NCBI GenBank assembly: GCA_964016885.1
Contig: OZ024741.1
Location: 225,680,001 to 225,744,000, forward strand
Length of the DNA: 64,000 bases
From: Eledone cirrhosa
Lineage: Eukaryota
Direction: 5' to 3'
This document shows, piece after piece, positions 14,769 through 27,797 of the stretch. The position numbers were made by a program, and so were the translations under genes. Under the pieces are notes generated by a model, which saw only the letters and a list, made by a program, of their open reading frames with translations, was not told where the DNA came from and did not search any database. The stretch's first letter is position 1; the number at the start of each line of letters is the position of its first letter.

Positions 14769-15152
14769 CTGCAAAGAAAAATAAGAACAATATTTGATAT
14801 TGATAACCTTGCTTTCTAATTCAGGCACAAGGCCAAAAATTTTATGAAGAGGGGAAATACGATTATATAGGCCCCAGTATTTTACTAGTATTGTATTTTA
14901 TCAACCGCAAAAGGATGAAGGGCAAAATTGACTTCGGCGAGATTTGAACTCAGAATGTAGAAAAATAGTCATTACGATTTAGAAAAACAACATCAGTAAG
15001 GCTTGTGTGTTAAACGTTAGAAACGTTTATCATATTTTTATTGTCTTACAAATTAAAATTACAGAATATATAGGAAATATACATTTTTCAATGTAATTAT
15101 TTCAACATGGAGTATGTATGTATATATTTAAACTGATGTAGCGTCTACTTAC

Positions 15153-15250
15153 CTTGGTAAAACAATGACTTGTAGTCCAGCTGTACAGACAAGCATCACC
15201 AAAGAACATATCATACTGCTATTGAATGCAATGTCATCTACTCCTTGATA
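15153..15250 (-). CDS. Adenylate cyclase exon: YQGVDDIAFNSSMICSLVMLVCTAGLQVIVLP(R)
   Basis: Acceptor tctttccctgatag, donor gtaagta, 98 nt phase 0-2; first helix of M2. Confidence 0.9.
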
Positions 15251-16024
15251 CTATCAGGGAAAGAAAGAGAACTGTAATATTATAGTTGCAACAAAAAAAC
15301 CAAAACGAAAACAAAACAAAAAACAAACAGCAGCAACAATCACTACAACATTAATAATGGTTTCTTATACAGGCACAAGGCCAATCATTTTTGGGGAGGG
15401 GAAAGTCGATTAAATCGACCCCAGTGCGTGACTGGTACTTTATTTTATCGACCCCGTAAGGATGAAAGGCAAAGCTAACCTCGGCGGGATTTGAACTCAG
15501 ATCATAAAGGGCCGTAACTCTATGTTGTAAATCGTAAATGCAATTATCCCAGCACGTTATTAGTGCTTTATTTTATCGGCCCCGTCAGGATGAAAGGCAG
15601 AGTTAATCTGGGTGGGAGTTGATCTTGCCTTTCATTCTTACTGCCAACATAATAATAATTTTTTACTTTTGGCACAAGGCCAGCAATTATCCCATTATTC
15701 CAGTGTATTACTGGTGCTTTATTTTATCGACCCTCTAAGGATGAAAGCAAAGTTAACGTCGGCGGGATTTGAACTCAGACCATAAAGGGCCAACATAATA
15801 ACAATGATTTCTCTATTGGTTGCAAGGACCCAAACGTTTGGCACTTTACAAAAGTAAAATACGGAACGAAACAACAAACCAGAAATCGTAAACGGTTTAG
15901 ATAGTTTAAAATGATGGTAACACATTGGTTGTGTTGCATGATAGTTTTGAGACGAAGTAAGTTTAATCCATACACTTTCGTAGCGGAGATATATCGATAA
16001 GCTATTTGAGATTTCATATGTTAC

Positions 16025-16172
16025 CTTTTTCTCCTTGGCTGACATTTTGAACCTAAGTGTGGAGAAATGCACATGGTTTGCTGTCTCTTGTTCAATACTT
16101 CTTGCAGTTATAGCTTGTGCCAGGTATTTGTTGACTCGGTCAAGTGGTTCCGGCGGTGGCACAGTTGATAAG
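16025..16172 (-). CDS. Adenylate cyclase exon (C1b): LSTVPPPEPLDRVNKYLAQAITARSIEQETANHVHFSTLRFKMSAKEKK
   Basis: Acceptor catttcag, donor gtaac, 148 nt phase 2-0; VN.YL..AI.ARS and TL.F....EK motifs typical of adenylate cyclase C1b. Confidence 0.92.
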
Positions 16173-17639
16173 CTGAAATGACATAAGTAAATAGGACCAG
16201 ATATATCGATTAGTGTAGCCATGCATATACATGTATATATAGTCGGATTATATATATGTATGTATAAAAAACAAAACAATAACAAAGGACACTTCTATAT
16301 GACACTATGACATAATAATTGTTTCTACTTTTGACACAAGGCCAGCAATTATCCCAGTGCATTACTGGTACTGTATTTTATCGACCCCGCAAAGATGAAA
16401 GGCAAAGTTAACGTCGATGGGATTTGAACTCAGACCGTAAAAGAGAGTAACTCTATGATACAAAGCATGGCTTCCGACCCTCTATCTATACTGTCAATAT
16501 ACCGCCTTATTATTAATGTTTTCATAATTATAATGGCTTCTGCTTTAGGCACAAGACCAAAAATATTTGGGGAGGGGAATGTCGAATAAATCGATTCCAG
16601 TGTGTTACTGGTACATTATTTCATCGAGCATGTTAGGATGAAATGCAAAGATAACGTCAGTAGGATATGAACACTGAGAACGTAAAGGGACGTAACTATG
16701 CCACGAAACATGGTCTCCGACGCTCTACCGATACTGCTAATCCACCGATAAACTTTTCCCCCAAAAGATTGAATACCTATAGCTGGAATATATTTGATCT
16801 AGGTTTGCCCGCATAGAAGATACCTTGGGATAAACAACAGAAGCAACAGCATCTTATTATATCTTACTATTCCTTTCGTTCTTTGGGGAAACAAATTCGG
16901 GTATGGATTCAAAAAAATATATAAAAACTATAGCCATCACTCGCAATCAAGTATGACATGATAGTATGTACCATGCTTTCACCAAGGGATTTAGATGCCC
17001 ATGTTGCTGTGAGCAGACACAGACACCCTCTTGACACTAACTCCTTTGATTCAGAAGAACATCAAGAATGTGGCAGCTGGAAGGTGAAAGAGATGCACCA
17101 GCACTGGGTTGGAACTATTTTAGTCGGCCCCAAAAGGATGAAAAGTAAAGTGAAACTCGGTGGGATTTGAACTTAGAACGCAGAGACATAGAAATATCAA
17201 ACGCTTTAAAGACATTGCCGAATCTACCAACTTATAGAAGTATATAGTGGGTTAGTTATTTTGTAGCAAATAATACACACATATACATAGTAAGGGAGAA
17301 AAAGAGATATAGCGAGACTGATCAGAGTATGTAATGTTATACATACATAAATAGATAGCTCTTCTCATAATATATACGAGTGTATATATATTCAGAAACG
17401 CACACATATACATATAAACACACACACACATGTATGTATATATATACATATATATATATACATACATATATATATATTGTATATTATATATATACATATA
17501 TATATATTCTTATCTCACTTCTCTCTCCCTCTCTCTACCTATCTCTCTATATATATACGCACACACACACGCACACACACACACATATATATATATATGG
17601 GAGTGGGTAAGACACACACACTCACACATATTCCCTGAT

Positions 17640-18100
17640 CAGTAATAGCTTGAAGCACAGCTGGGATTTCAATGTTTCGAAAAGCTTTCTCAGTTACTGA
17701 AGACTACACACAATGCTTGTCTATATTCGTCACATGTCTGAATAGCGCGGATCATAATTTGTAAAATGTCGGTTTTTGAAAGCCCGCATTTGATTCCTGC
17801 TTGTTCCTTCGGTTTATTGAAGTCTAAGGCAGCATTGATGCGATTTGTAATCACTTTGGGAAATAGCTTGTATAAATAAGATAGCCAGAGGTCTAATGGA
17901 CGTAAAAGTCGCCTTGTATAAAAGTATAATGGCATTGTTTCGGCTGTTGGAAATATCATTTGATTTCATGCATATTGTGAAGAAATATGCTATCACCTAC
18001 AAACTGTTTCACCTCCTTCTTTCCGGTACCCGATCAGCACTTCCCCTTCACCTGGCGCTTTTCAGATTTTTATATATTTTACTGACATCATAAGTAAAAT
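17640..18100 (-). mobile_element. Decayed RTE-clade LINE RT fragment
   Basis: RPL..LSYLYKLFPKVITNRINAALDFNKPKEQAG...IQTCDEYRQALCVVFSN*EKAF. Confidence 0.7.
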
Positions 18101-18641
18101 GACACTATGCTTGAAGTAGAGTGTTTGACTAATGTATCATAATAGTAATAAGGTATGGTGCGGAAAGGGTTGACTAGAAACAAGGAACATAACTTAGAAC
18201 AAGACAAAACAGTATGATTAGATGGATGTTAGGAATCCCCCCCCCCCCCCCCCAAAAAAAAACAACAAAAAAACAGAGAAATTTATTAAGTGACAGGAGA
18301 CTAAACGAATGTGCAAATATCATAAACAAAAATGGAGTTAGGTCGGACATGAGGTGTTAAGAAATGACAACAAATTGACAAGACGTGCACAGAATGGAGA
18401 CGGACTAAAACAGGTTCACCTAACTGAACAAAACGGAGGAGATGTAGAGAAGAGATGAGATGAAATCGATAAAATATATCTATAGGATAATGGGCAAGAC
18501 ATGGATGAGAACGGCACAATGTAGAAACAACTGCCCATGACTTTGTGAGGTCTTCAGAAAGCCGTCAGTAGACAATGGCTGCGAATTGTGATAAAGACTG
18601 CATACACATACACACGCATATATATATATATATATATATAG

Positions 18642-18675
<34 letters not shown>

Positions 18676-18676
18676 C

Positions 18677-18755
<79 letters not shown>

Positions 18756-18778
18756 GTATTTATATATATATATATATG

Positions 18779-18830
<52 letters not shown>

Positions 18831-18836
18831 TATATG

Positions 18837-18913
<77 letters not shown>

Positions 18914-18919
<6 letters not shown>

Positions 18920-19378
18920 GTAATCTGGGTTTTTCGAATATTAATAATTGTTTCTACTTTAGGCACAAGGCCAGCAATCACTCAGTGCATTACTGGTAAT
19001 TTATTTTATCGACCCCGTAAGGATGAAAGGTAAAGTCAACCTCGGCGGGATTTGAACTCAGATCGTAAAGGGACGTAACTATGCTGGAAAGCATGGCGTC
19101 CGACCCTCTACCGATACTGCCAATCCACCGCCTTATTTCGAATATCAATAATAACATTCGATTCGTTTGCAATTATGCAAACAAGCCTCAAATTTATAGC
19201 CATGTCAGTAGAATGAACACTTCATTCTTGCTCTTGTGGGGTCGATAAAATAAAGTACCAGTAATGTACTGGGTAATTGCTAGCCTTGTGCCAAACGTAG
19301 AAACAATTATTAATATTCGAAAAACCCAGATTACATTTATTGTATTCAGCCATGTAAAGCGAAATTTTCCTTTTTATA
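18914..19378. mobile_element. Head-to-head inverted composite of a SINE and a tail element between (TA)n tracts
   Basis: 18914-19016 is inverted at about 19238-19340; full SINE on minus at about 18945-19133. Confidence 0.75.
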
Positions 19379-19387
19379 TATATATTC

Positions 19388-20302
19388 GAATTGGAGCTCT
19401 GAAATAGCAATATATATATGGATGTATATATAATGTATTTTACAATACACTGTATGCTTAATTAAAAGCATTTTGAAGACCGTATGCTATTGTTTTAGAG
19501 TAGTGACAAATTTACTTACTTTAATTTCAGCAAACAGGGGAGATAAGCCGACAAGACCTTGTTTCGCATTTATTGATGCTTATCAAGGCTAACTACTCCC
19601 TCCTGTCTGCCGAGATTACTGATGTTATATTCTTACAGAATTTTAGTAAATAATCAGGAACTGATTATACAGAGCGATTGTTGGTCAGGCAGAAATTAAA
19701 AATTAGAATTGGAGCTCTGAAATAGCAATATATATATGAATGTATATATAATGTATTTTGCAATACACTTTATGCTTAATTAAAAGCATTTTGAAGACCG
19801 TATGCTATTGTTAGCCTTGATAAGCATCAATAAATGCGAAACAAGGTCTTGTCGGCTTATCTCCCCTGTTTGCTGAGATTAAAGTAAGTGAATTTGTCAC
19901 TACTCTAAAACAATAGCATACGGTCTTCAAAATGCTTTTAATTAAGCATAAAGTGTATTGCAAAATACATTATATATACATTCATATATATATTGCTATT
20001 TCAGAGCTCCAATTCTAATTTTTAATTTCTGCCTGACCAACAATCGCTCTGTATAATCAGTTCCTGATTATTTACTAGAATTGTATAAGAATATAACATC
20101 AGTGATCTCGGCAGACAGGGGGGAGTAGTTAGCCTTGATAAGCATCAATAAATGCGAAACAAGGTCTTGTCGGCTTATCTCCCCTGTTTGCTGAGATTAA
20201 AGTAAGTGAATTTGTCACTACTCTAAAACAATAGCATACGGTCTTCAAAATGCTTTTAATTTAGCATAAAATGTATTGCAAAATACATTATATATACATC
20301 CA
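19388..20302. mobile_element. Retrozyme-like 318-nt HHR-bearing monomer in tandem and inverted array
   Basis: gaattggagctc at 19388 and 19706; HHR cores at 19817 and 20135 (period 318); strand switch near 19812; (TA)n at both ends. Confidence 0.85.
19813..19857 (+). ncRNA. Type I hammerhead, U3-A8 core (also 20131-20175 plus and 19546-19590 minus)
   Basis: agcc UUGAUAA gcau-caauaa-augc GAAA caa-gguc-uug UC| ggcu; all three stems pair. Confidence 0.85.
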
Positions 20303-20313
20303 TATATATATAT

Positions 20314-20430
<117 letters not shown>

Positions 20431-20468
20431 TACACACATATAAATACATATATGTACATATATATATA

Positions 20469-20536
<68 letters not shown>

Positions 20537-21049
20537 TATGTATGAGAAATGAAATTTCGTTTCATTTTTTCCGTTTATATATACATATATATATACATAT
20601 ATATATGTATATATATATATGTATATATATGTACATATATATCTCTCTCTCTATATATATATATCTATATATATATGTATATATATATATGTATATATAT
20701 GTATATATATATATATATGTATATATATGTATATATATATATGTATATATATGTATATATATACACATATATATACATATATATGTATATATATATATAT
20801 ATACATATATATACATATATATACTGTATATATATGTGTGTGTGTGTGTATCCCAGGTTCAATCGGGGGTAACCACAGTAAGTATGGTACTCAATACACA
20901 GTAGAGTGTATAATGTTTGATATAGAAATGGCCTCTACCTCTACAGGAATAGAACTGTTTAATTCGAAGGAAATCATCAGGAAATCAACCTGGCTTTCCT
21001 GATGATTTCCTTCCAATGCAACAGTTCTAGTCCTGTAGAAGCCATTTCT

Positions 21050-21305
21050 ATATTAAAAGTGACACAGAGGATACTGAGGTTAGCTGGACATGCTCACCGA
21101 CATCCAGAGTTGACATTGCACTCAGTGCTCCTGTGGGAGCCCCTACATGGAAACACTGGAAGAGAAAGACCAATGTTAACGTATGTTGATGCCCTAAGGA
21201 CAGACACTGGTCTGTTGGAGACGCAGGACATGGCAGCGATAATGAGGGACAGACCGCTGGAGATGAACTTATCCATGGATCTCGGGAATTTTACCCGCCC
21301 TAGAG
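21050..21305 (+). mobile_element. RTE/RTE-X-like LINE 3' fragment
   Basis: LRLAGHAHRHPE..VLLWEPLHG..GRERPMLTYVDALRTDTG..MRDR. Confidence 0.7.
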
Positions 21306-22147
21306 ATATATATATATAAATGCTTACACATCCATCTATATCTACAACAAAAGGTTCCTGCATATGGTCACATATCTCGCTAGAAAGAGCAGATGATGAT
21401 GATAATTCTGACGATCACAATAGTTATTATAATCAGGAAAGCCATTGTCATTACCGGTATTGACTCAATGAACAGTAACATTTTATATTGTGAAGTGATC
21501 CATTAAATATTTAAGTAATATCTTTCCATCAATTTCCGTCTTAGTTGACAACAGAAATATTACTTTCGCCAATTTGTTACCATTTCCGCTACCCACGTCA
21601 CTTATGACTATTGATAAGTCTATAATCTGTATTAAAATAACCGTTGGGAAACCAATGGTAATCTTAATGCTTATTTCTATATTTGACAGACAAACTTGCC
21701 GCAGCCTGTATATGAGTGCATTGGAGAGAAATAGTACTTTGAATCAATTTTAATCGCTGTAGCATATCTAGCTTTGATTTTTAATTTTTAATTTACTGGT
21801 TGTATATACAGATGATTCAATTACTGATTTTTGTTTTCATTGAGCCATTAAGTACAACAGTGATTGGATTAAATATAGTAATTACCAACGGGAATATGGA
21901 ATATTTAGTTGCTTTTAATATAACAGTTACTATCTCATTTTAATGCTTGGTTGAGTGATTCCGAACAGTCCCGATTTAATAGAGGACATAGGGCAAGGAA
22001 AGAGCTGATCCAGGCGTCATTTAAATAACTTTCTAACTGTGTCCGCCGGATCCTTATTTTAAGATTGAGGCTGATCGTTTTTCGGCTTCATGAGAGTTTG
22101 TTATGAGAGATTTAGTTATTTATATCTCTGAGATGGTCGAGAAACTC

Positions 22148-22235
22148 TATAGAAGACGGGTCAAGTTAGTACCATTATAGAAGACAGGTCAAGTTAGTAC
22201 CATTATAGAAGACAGGTCAAGTTAGTACCATTAGA
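22148..22235. repeat. 28-bp tandem repeat, 3 copies
   Basis: tagaagacaggtcaagttagtaccatta repeated. Confidence 0.9.
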
Positions 22236-22770
22236 CTTCATGCAGTGAAGTCGGTTTCATTAAGTATAGACATGTAGTGTATTTTTCACTTTATAAGTTA
22301 CAATCGTCTTTGGTTAAATCATTTTAAAATGAATGGAATTAACGACTGTCATGTTTGACGTTGTGTGCTCCATATTAACGGGTCAGTAGTTAAGCAGTCT
22401 ATGGACACGTCTACCTTAACGAAATTCTGAGGCAGATTCAGTGTGACATAAGGCTGGCTTTTCAAATTTCTTACACTTACACAGTCCATCTCACGGACTT
22501 CGAAACATATTGCATCTACTTAAATTCACTCAGAAAGCATGCCACCGAGTAGGATCGAACCGGAGATCTAACGAGTGTGAAGTGAACTCCTTAAATATTT
22601 AATCATACTGCACCCACCATATTTAAAATAGTGTCATAATGTGTCACACAATATCTACAAATGTTTTAGAACAACGACGGAATTTATTTCAATGTAGTTT
22701 CCCCTGAGATTAACCACATCGTCTAAGGTAAGAAAGACGAACACAGTAAATGGGAACAAATAATACTTAC

Positions 22771-22811
22771 CGTCCTTGAAACGGCTTCCTAATGTCTGAT
22801 ACTAGTTTACT
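22771..22811 (-). CDS. Adenylate cyclase 41-nt microexon: SKLVSDIRKPFQG(R)
   Basis: Acceptor tattttcag, donor gtaagta; phase 0-2 joins the phase-0 end of exon 47409 to the phase-2 start of exon 16172. Confidence 0.82.
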
Positions 22812-22840
22812 CTGAAAATAGAGATAAACACATATGTATA

Positions 22841-22870
<30 letters not shown>

Positions 22871-22872
<2 letters not shown>

Positions 22873-23312
22873 CGATATTAAATAGATGGAAACTATATTT
22901 ATAAAACCATATTTATTTCATTATATATATTTCAGGGATATCATATTAAAAATATGGTATGCCTTCATCAGACAAAATACAATATAAACAGTCTTATAAA
23001 TAGATAGATTTGACATACCTTACAACTTCAACTTCCATTAAAAAAGTTGATTTTTTGAATCGAAGTTGAAGTTGTAAGGTATGTCAAATCTATCTATTTA
23101 TAAGACTCTTTATATTGTATTTTGTCTGATGAAGGCATACCATATTTTTAATATGATATCCCTGAAATATATATAATGAAATAAATATGGTTTTATAAAT
23201 ATAGTTTCCATCTATTTAATATCGTAAATATACTCCAAATACTTGTTGAGTGCTTTTATATCAGTTATAAATATTTACTCGTTGTAACCCAACAATTTAA
23301 ATAAAACTTTGC
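22871..23312. mobile_element. Asymmetric HHR palindrome (arms about 22871-23035 and 23062-23226, tail to 23312)
   Basis: Near-perfect inverted arms between (TA)n tracts; HHR 23118-23183 plus: uauuuugu CUGAUGA ... GAAA uauaua UA| augaaaua. Confidence 0.85.
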
Positions 23313-23350
<38 letters not shown>

Positions 23351-23559
23351 ATAAACTTATATTATGTACTTATATATATGTATGATTAAATATATATATA
23401 TGCAGAGGTTATATTTAATTTGTTGGGATTCAACAAGCTTAACATTTTTTATAACTGATATAAAGCACTCAACAAGTTAGTGGAGTATCCAGCAAATTTC
23501 AACGGTTGAGGCTGTCTTTTTTTCCGGGTATAGCAATATTTATTTATAAAACAAATCTG

Positions 23560-23625
23560 TATTTTATCTGATGAAAGCGCACCATAATTTACCTTGGTCG
23601 CCCTTGAAATATATATAATAAAATA
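23560..23625 (+). ncRNA. Minimal type I hammerhead ribozyme
   Basis: uauuuuau CUGAUGA aagcgcacc...ggucgcccuu GAAA uauaua UA| auaaaaua; inverted family tail at 23400-23490. Confidence 0.75.
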
Positions 23626-23667
23626 AATATGGTTTTATAAATATAGTTTCCATTTATTAATATATTT

Positions 23668-23727
<60 letters not shown>

Positions 23728-23735
23728 GAAACGAA

Positions 23736-23794
<59 letters not shown>

Positions 23795-23799
<5 letters not shown>

Positions 23800-24285
23800 T
23801 TCGTTTCTGAATTTGTTTAGCAAGATTCTTTATCTGAAAACGTGTGTTGAAACCGATATCGTTATACTTTGGGAGGGTCATGTTGCCAATAAGAAACACA
23901 CACACCAGTTGCTTTCACTTCAATTTATTATAAATTTCCGGTTGGTTGGTTGGTTCCACCAGCGGATGGTGTTCATATGTTGTCAAAGTTCTTTCGTCAC
24001 ACATTCTGTGACCTCATCAGTGACTGGGGATTCTTTTCTTTGTTTTGTGCCTCTCGTTCACAAAAACAAGATGGCGTAGGACAGAACAAAGAAGAGTCAC
24101 AAAACAAAGAAAATAATCCCCAGTCACTGATGTGGTCACAGAATGTGTGACGAAAGAACTTTGACAATATATGAACAACCATCCGGTTCTGGAACCAACT
24201 GGAAATTTATAATAAATTGAAGTGAATTGCAACTCGTGCGTGTGTTTCTTATTGGGAACATGACCCTCCCAAATTATAACAATAT
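23795..24285. mobile_element. Asymmetric HHR palindrome, gtcacagaatgtgtgac family
   Basis: Arms about 23855-24050 and 24090-24285; HHR 23982-24024 minus: guca CUGAUGA g-gucac-agaaugu-gugac GAAA gaac UU| ugac; right copy has CUGAUGU. Confidence 0.85.
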
Positions 24286-24321
24286 ATATATGTACCGATT
24301 GTGTTGTTATTTCTGTTTACC

Positions 24322-25228
<907 letters not shown>

Positions 25229-25526
25229 CGATAAAATATGTTTCAATTTACAGGGAAATTAGTATTTTCTGGCAGTTTACATGCCTACATATTGGATATG
25301 TGTTAATATTTATACACGTTGGTGCAGTCTTGGTTAAACACTCTGTATTTATACATATATAACTCTTTCACACACTTCGGCTTGTATTGCTCATCTCAAT
25401 ATATATCTTAATTAATTACCAACACGAACGCAGATTATATGGAAATATAATACGTTCATTTCTGAATAATATTAAGATCGAATAGACAGACAGCACACAT
25501 AGACAGACAACACACACACACAGACA

Positions 25527-25613
<87 letters not shown>

Positions 25614-25631
25614 CTATATATATATATATAT

Positions 25632-26056
25632 AATGTAGGAGGTGAGTTTTATTGTAGTACAATAAAGCAATGCAGATATCGGATAAGAAGCACTCTACAG
25701 TTTGTGGGACTGGAGTATGCATAATATAAGATCAAAAGATGGTTAAAGGAGTTCCATATATTTTATTATGCGCATTTCAAAAACAAACATCATCATGCAA
25801 TAATATTTGTGTTTTCATCAGATAAAACAGGAGAACATGATATGAAGGCTAAAAAACACTTGTGGATAGTGCAGTTTTAAATCAACATATGTTGATTTAA
25901 AACTGCACTATCCACAAGTGTTTTTAGCCTTCATATCATGTTCTCCTGTTTTATCTGATGAAAACACAAATATTATTGCATGATGATGTTTGTTTTTGAA
26001 ATGCGCATAATAAAATATATGGAACTCCTTTAACCATCTTTTGATCTTATATTATA
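25632..26056. mobile_element. Zero-loop HHR palindrome (centre 25888/25889) with left tail 25632-25720
   Basis: Arms about 168 bp with one indel; HHR 25948-26016 plus: guuuuau CUGAUGA ... GAAA ugcgca UA| auaaaau. Confidence 0.9.
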
Positions 26057-26477
26057 TATATATATATATATATATTATATTATATTATTCAATTAAATGT
26101 ATATAGTCCGAAAGTTGAATGTTGTATGACATATATTATTGCATATCTAGCGATATAGGAAATAGTTGCAACAAACAATGTAAAATAACAAGGATCATTT
26201 GTTGTTGTGAGCTGATAAAACTTTGTGTGTAAGTACTACTGTAATTCAAAATTATAATCAGAACACCAAGAAATATATGTTCAGTAAATAGATAATTATG
26301 AATGTAAGTATACAAATATACAACAGTGTTAATGGGGTCGTGCACACTTTATATGTAGTTTTATATGGAATTCACCAATGGGGAATCTAAACGGTTCACT
26401 AAGACAGAGTAAACACAACCACACACACACGCACACACACACACACACACACGCACACCCGCACACACACATGTATA

Positions 26478-27165
26478 TAATTACAATTTAGCTTCAGGTA
26501 TAGTTGTATACAGATATGTATTGCAATTTCGTATTTCAGAAGAAATACGACATGTTTATAATAAACATTTAGAGAGCTGTATCTGTGCCAAAGCACCAGC
26601 AACTAACGCCGTCTGGCAGTGTCTAGCAGAAGCAAGGGGACAATCGTGGATGCGCATTTCGAACTGATGGACAAATGCGCATTCACGATTGACCACCTAG
26701 TTTCTGCTGGATACCACCAGACGACGCTAGTCGCTGGCGTCTTGGCACAGATACAGCTCTCTAAATGTTTATTATAAACATGTATTTCTTCTGAAATACG
26801 AAATTGCAATACATATCTGTATACAACTATGCCTGAAGCTAAATTGTAATTCTATTCTATTATAAGTTGAGCCAACTTATCCAGCTTCATATGCAAATGA
26901 GATTAATCACCTCATTTACACTGATAAGAAAGCCATATATTCTGGACTGTTTTCAAAGTCCAGCAGTTGCAAGAGTGGGAGGGATCGTGCTGATGATAAA
27001 CAGTTCAGTTCAAAATGCGCATCTACGATTGTCCCGCTTACTTCTGATGGACACCGCCAGACAGCGTTAGTCGCTGGTGTTTTGGAATAGCTACAGCTCT
27101 CTAAATGTTTATTATAAACATCTGAAATACGAAATTCCAATACATCTATATGTATATTATCTGAT
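26478..27165. mobile_element. HHR family with inverted pair (about 26478-26660 and 26673-26851) and a third plus-strand copy
   Basis: HHR 26984-27029 plus: aucgug CUGAUGA ... (A)AAA ugcgca UC| uacgau; left arm keeps GAAA ugcgca UC cacgau. Confidence 0.75.
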
Positions 27166-27166
27166 A

Positions 27167-27797
27167 TTATTCCTTTATTGTAACCCATTTGGTTCTGGCT
27201 CCTCTATATACTCTGATTTTATCTCTCTGATTGTAACCAGAGAACTGCATACGGTGGATGAAGTGTTGTATGTGTCTCTCTAGTTCTTTGGGGTTGCACA
27301 TGCGGGACACGTTTCTCATCACCCGTACCAAATCCGCAATCAGTATGTTGATTTTGGTGTGGTCCGAAACAGCTGAGTTTCGGTGGATCAGATATTTGGA
27401 AGTCATGGGTTTGGCATAATGGGAATGGAGGATCAGTTTTTTGTTATTGATAGTATCTAACCAGAGCTCTGTGTCTAGTACAGGTAATCGATGGTTGGGG
27501 TGTTTGCTTGGGTAGTCTATAGTAACTCTAATACTCTGGTGGACGGAGTTAGCTATTTGCTGGATGCTTTCCGCGGTGTTTTTCTCTAATTCCTGACTGT
27601 TCTCTAGTGTGGGTGTTTTTACTACGATGTTTATATCATCAACGTAGCGGGAGTACATTATCAGGGTTAAGAGGTTGTTGTCTTCTAATTGTTCTTTAAG
27701 TTTAAGTTTAAGTCTATTAAGTTTAAGTCTATTAAGTCTATTAAGTTTAAGTCCCACCATACCATGAATAGGTTAGCTATGTCACTTCCAATGCTTA
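27167..27797 (-). mobile_element. Penelope-like RT fragment of a second clade
   Basis: YSRYVDDINIV..DYPSKHPNHRLPVLDTELW..HYAKPMTS..SA..K..IL..RVMRNVS..MQFSGY. Confidence 0.8.

Larger units (their letters stand above)
14815..17230 (-). mobile_element. Cluster of tRNA-derived SINE copies (about 14815-14960, 15355-15530, 15560-15625, 15655-15790, 16310-16510, 16535-16750, 17100-17230)
   Basis: Recurrent gagttcaaatcccgccgagg..tttgcctttcatccttacggggtcgataaaataaagtaccagt..ggccttgtgcc on the minus strand; B box GTTCAAATCC; central domain resembles my recollection of the Meta-SINE domain. Confidence 0.85.
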
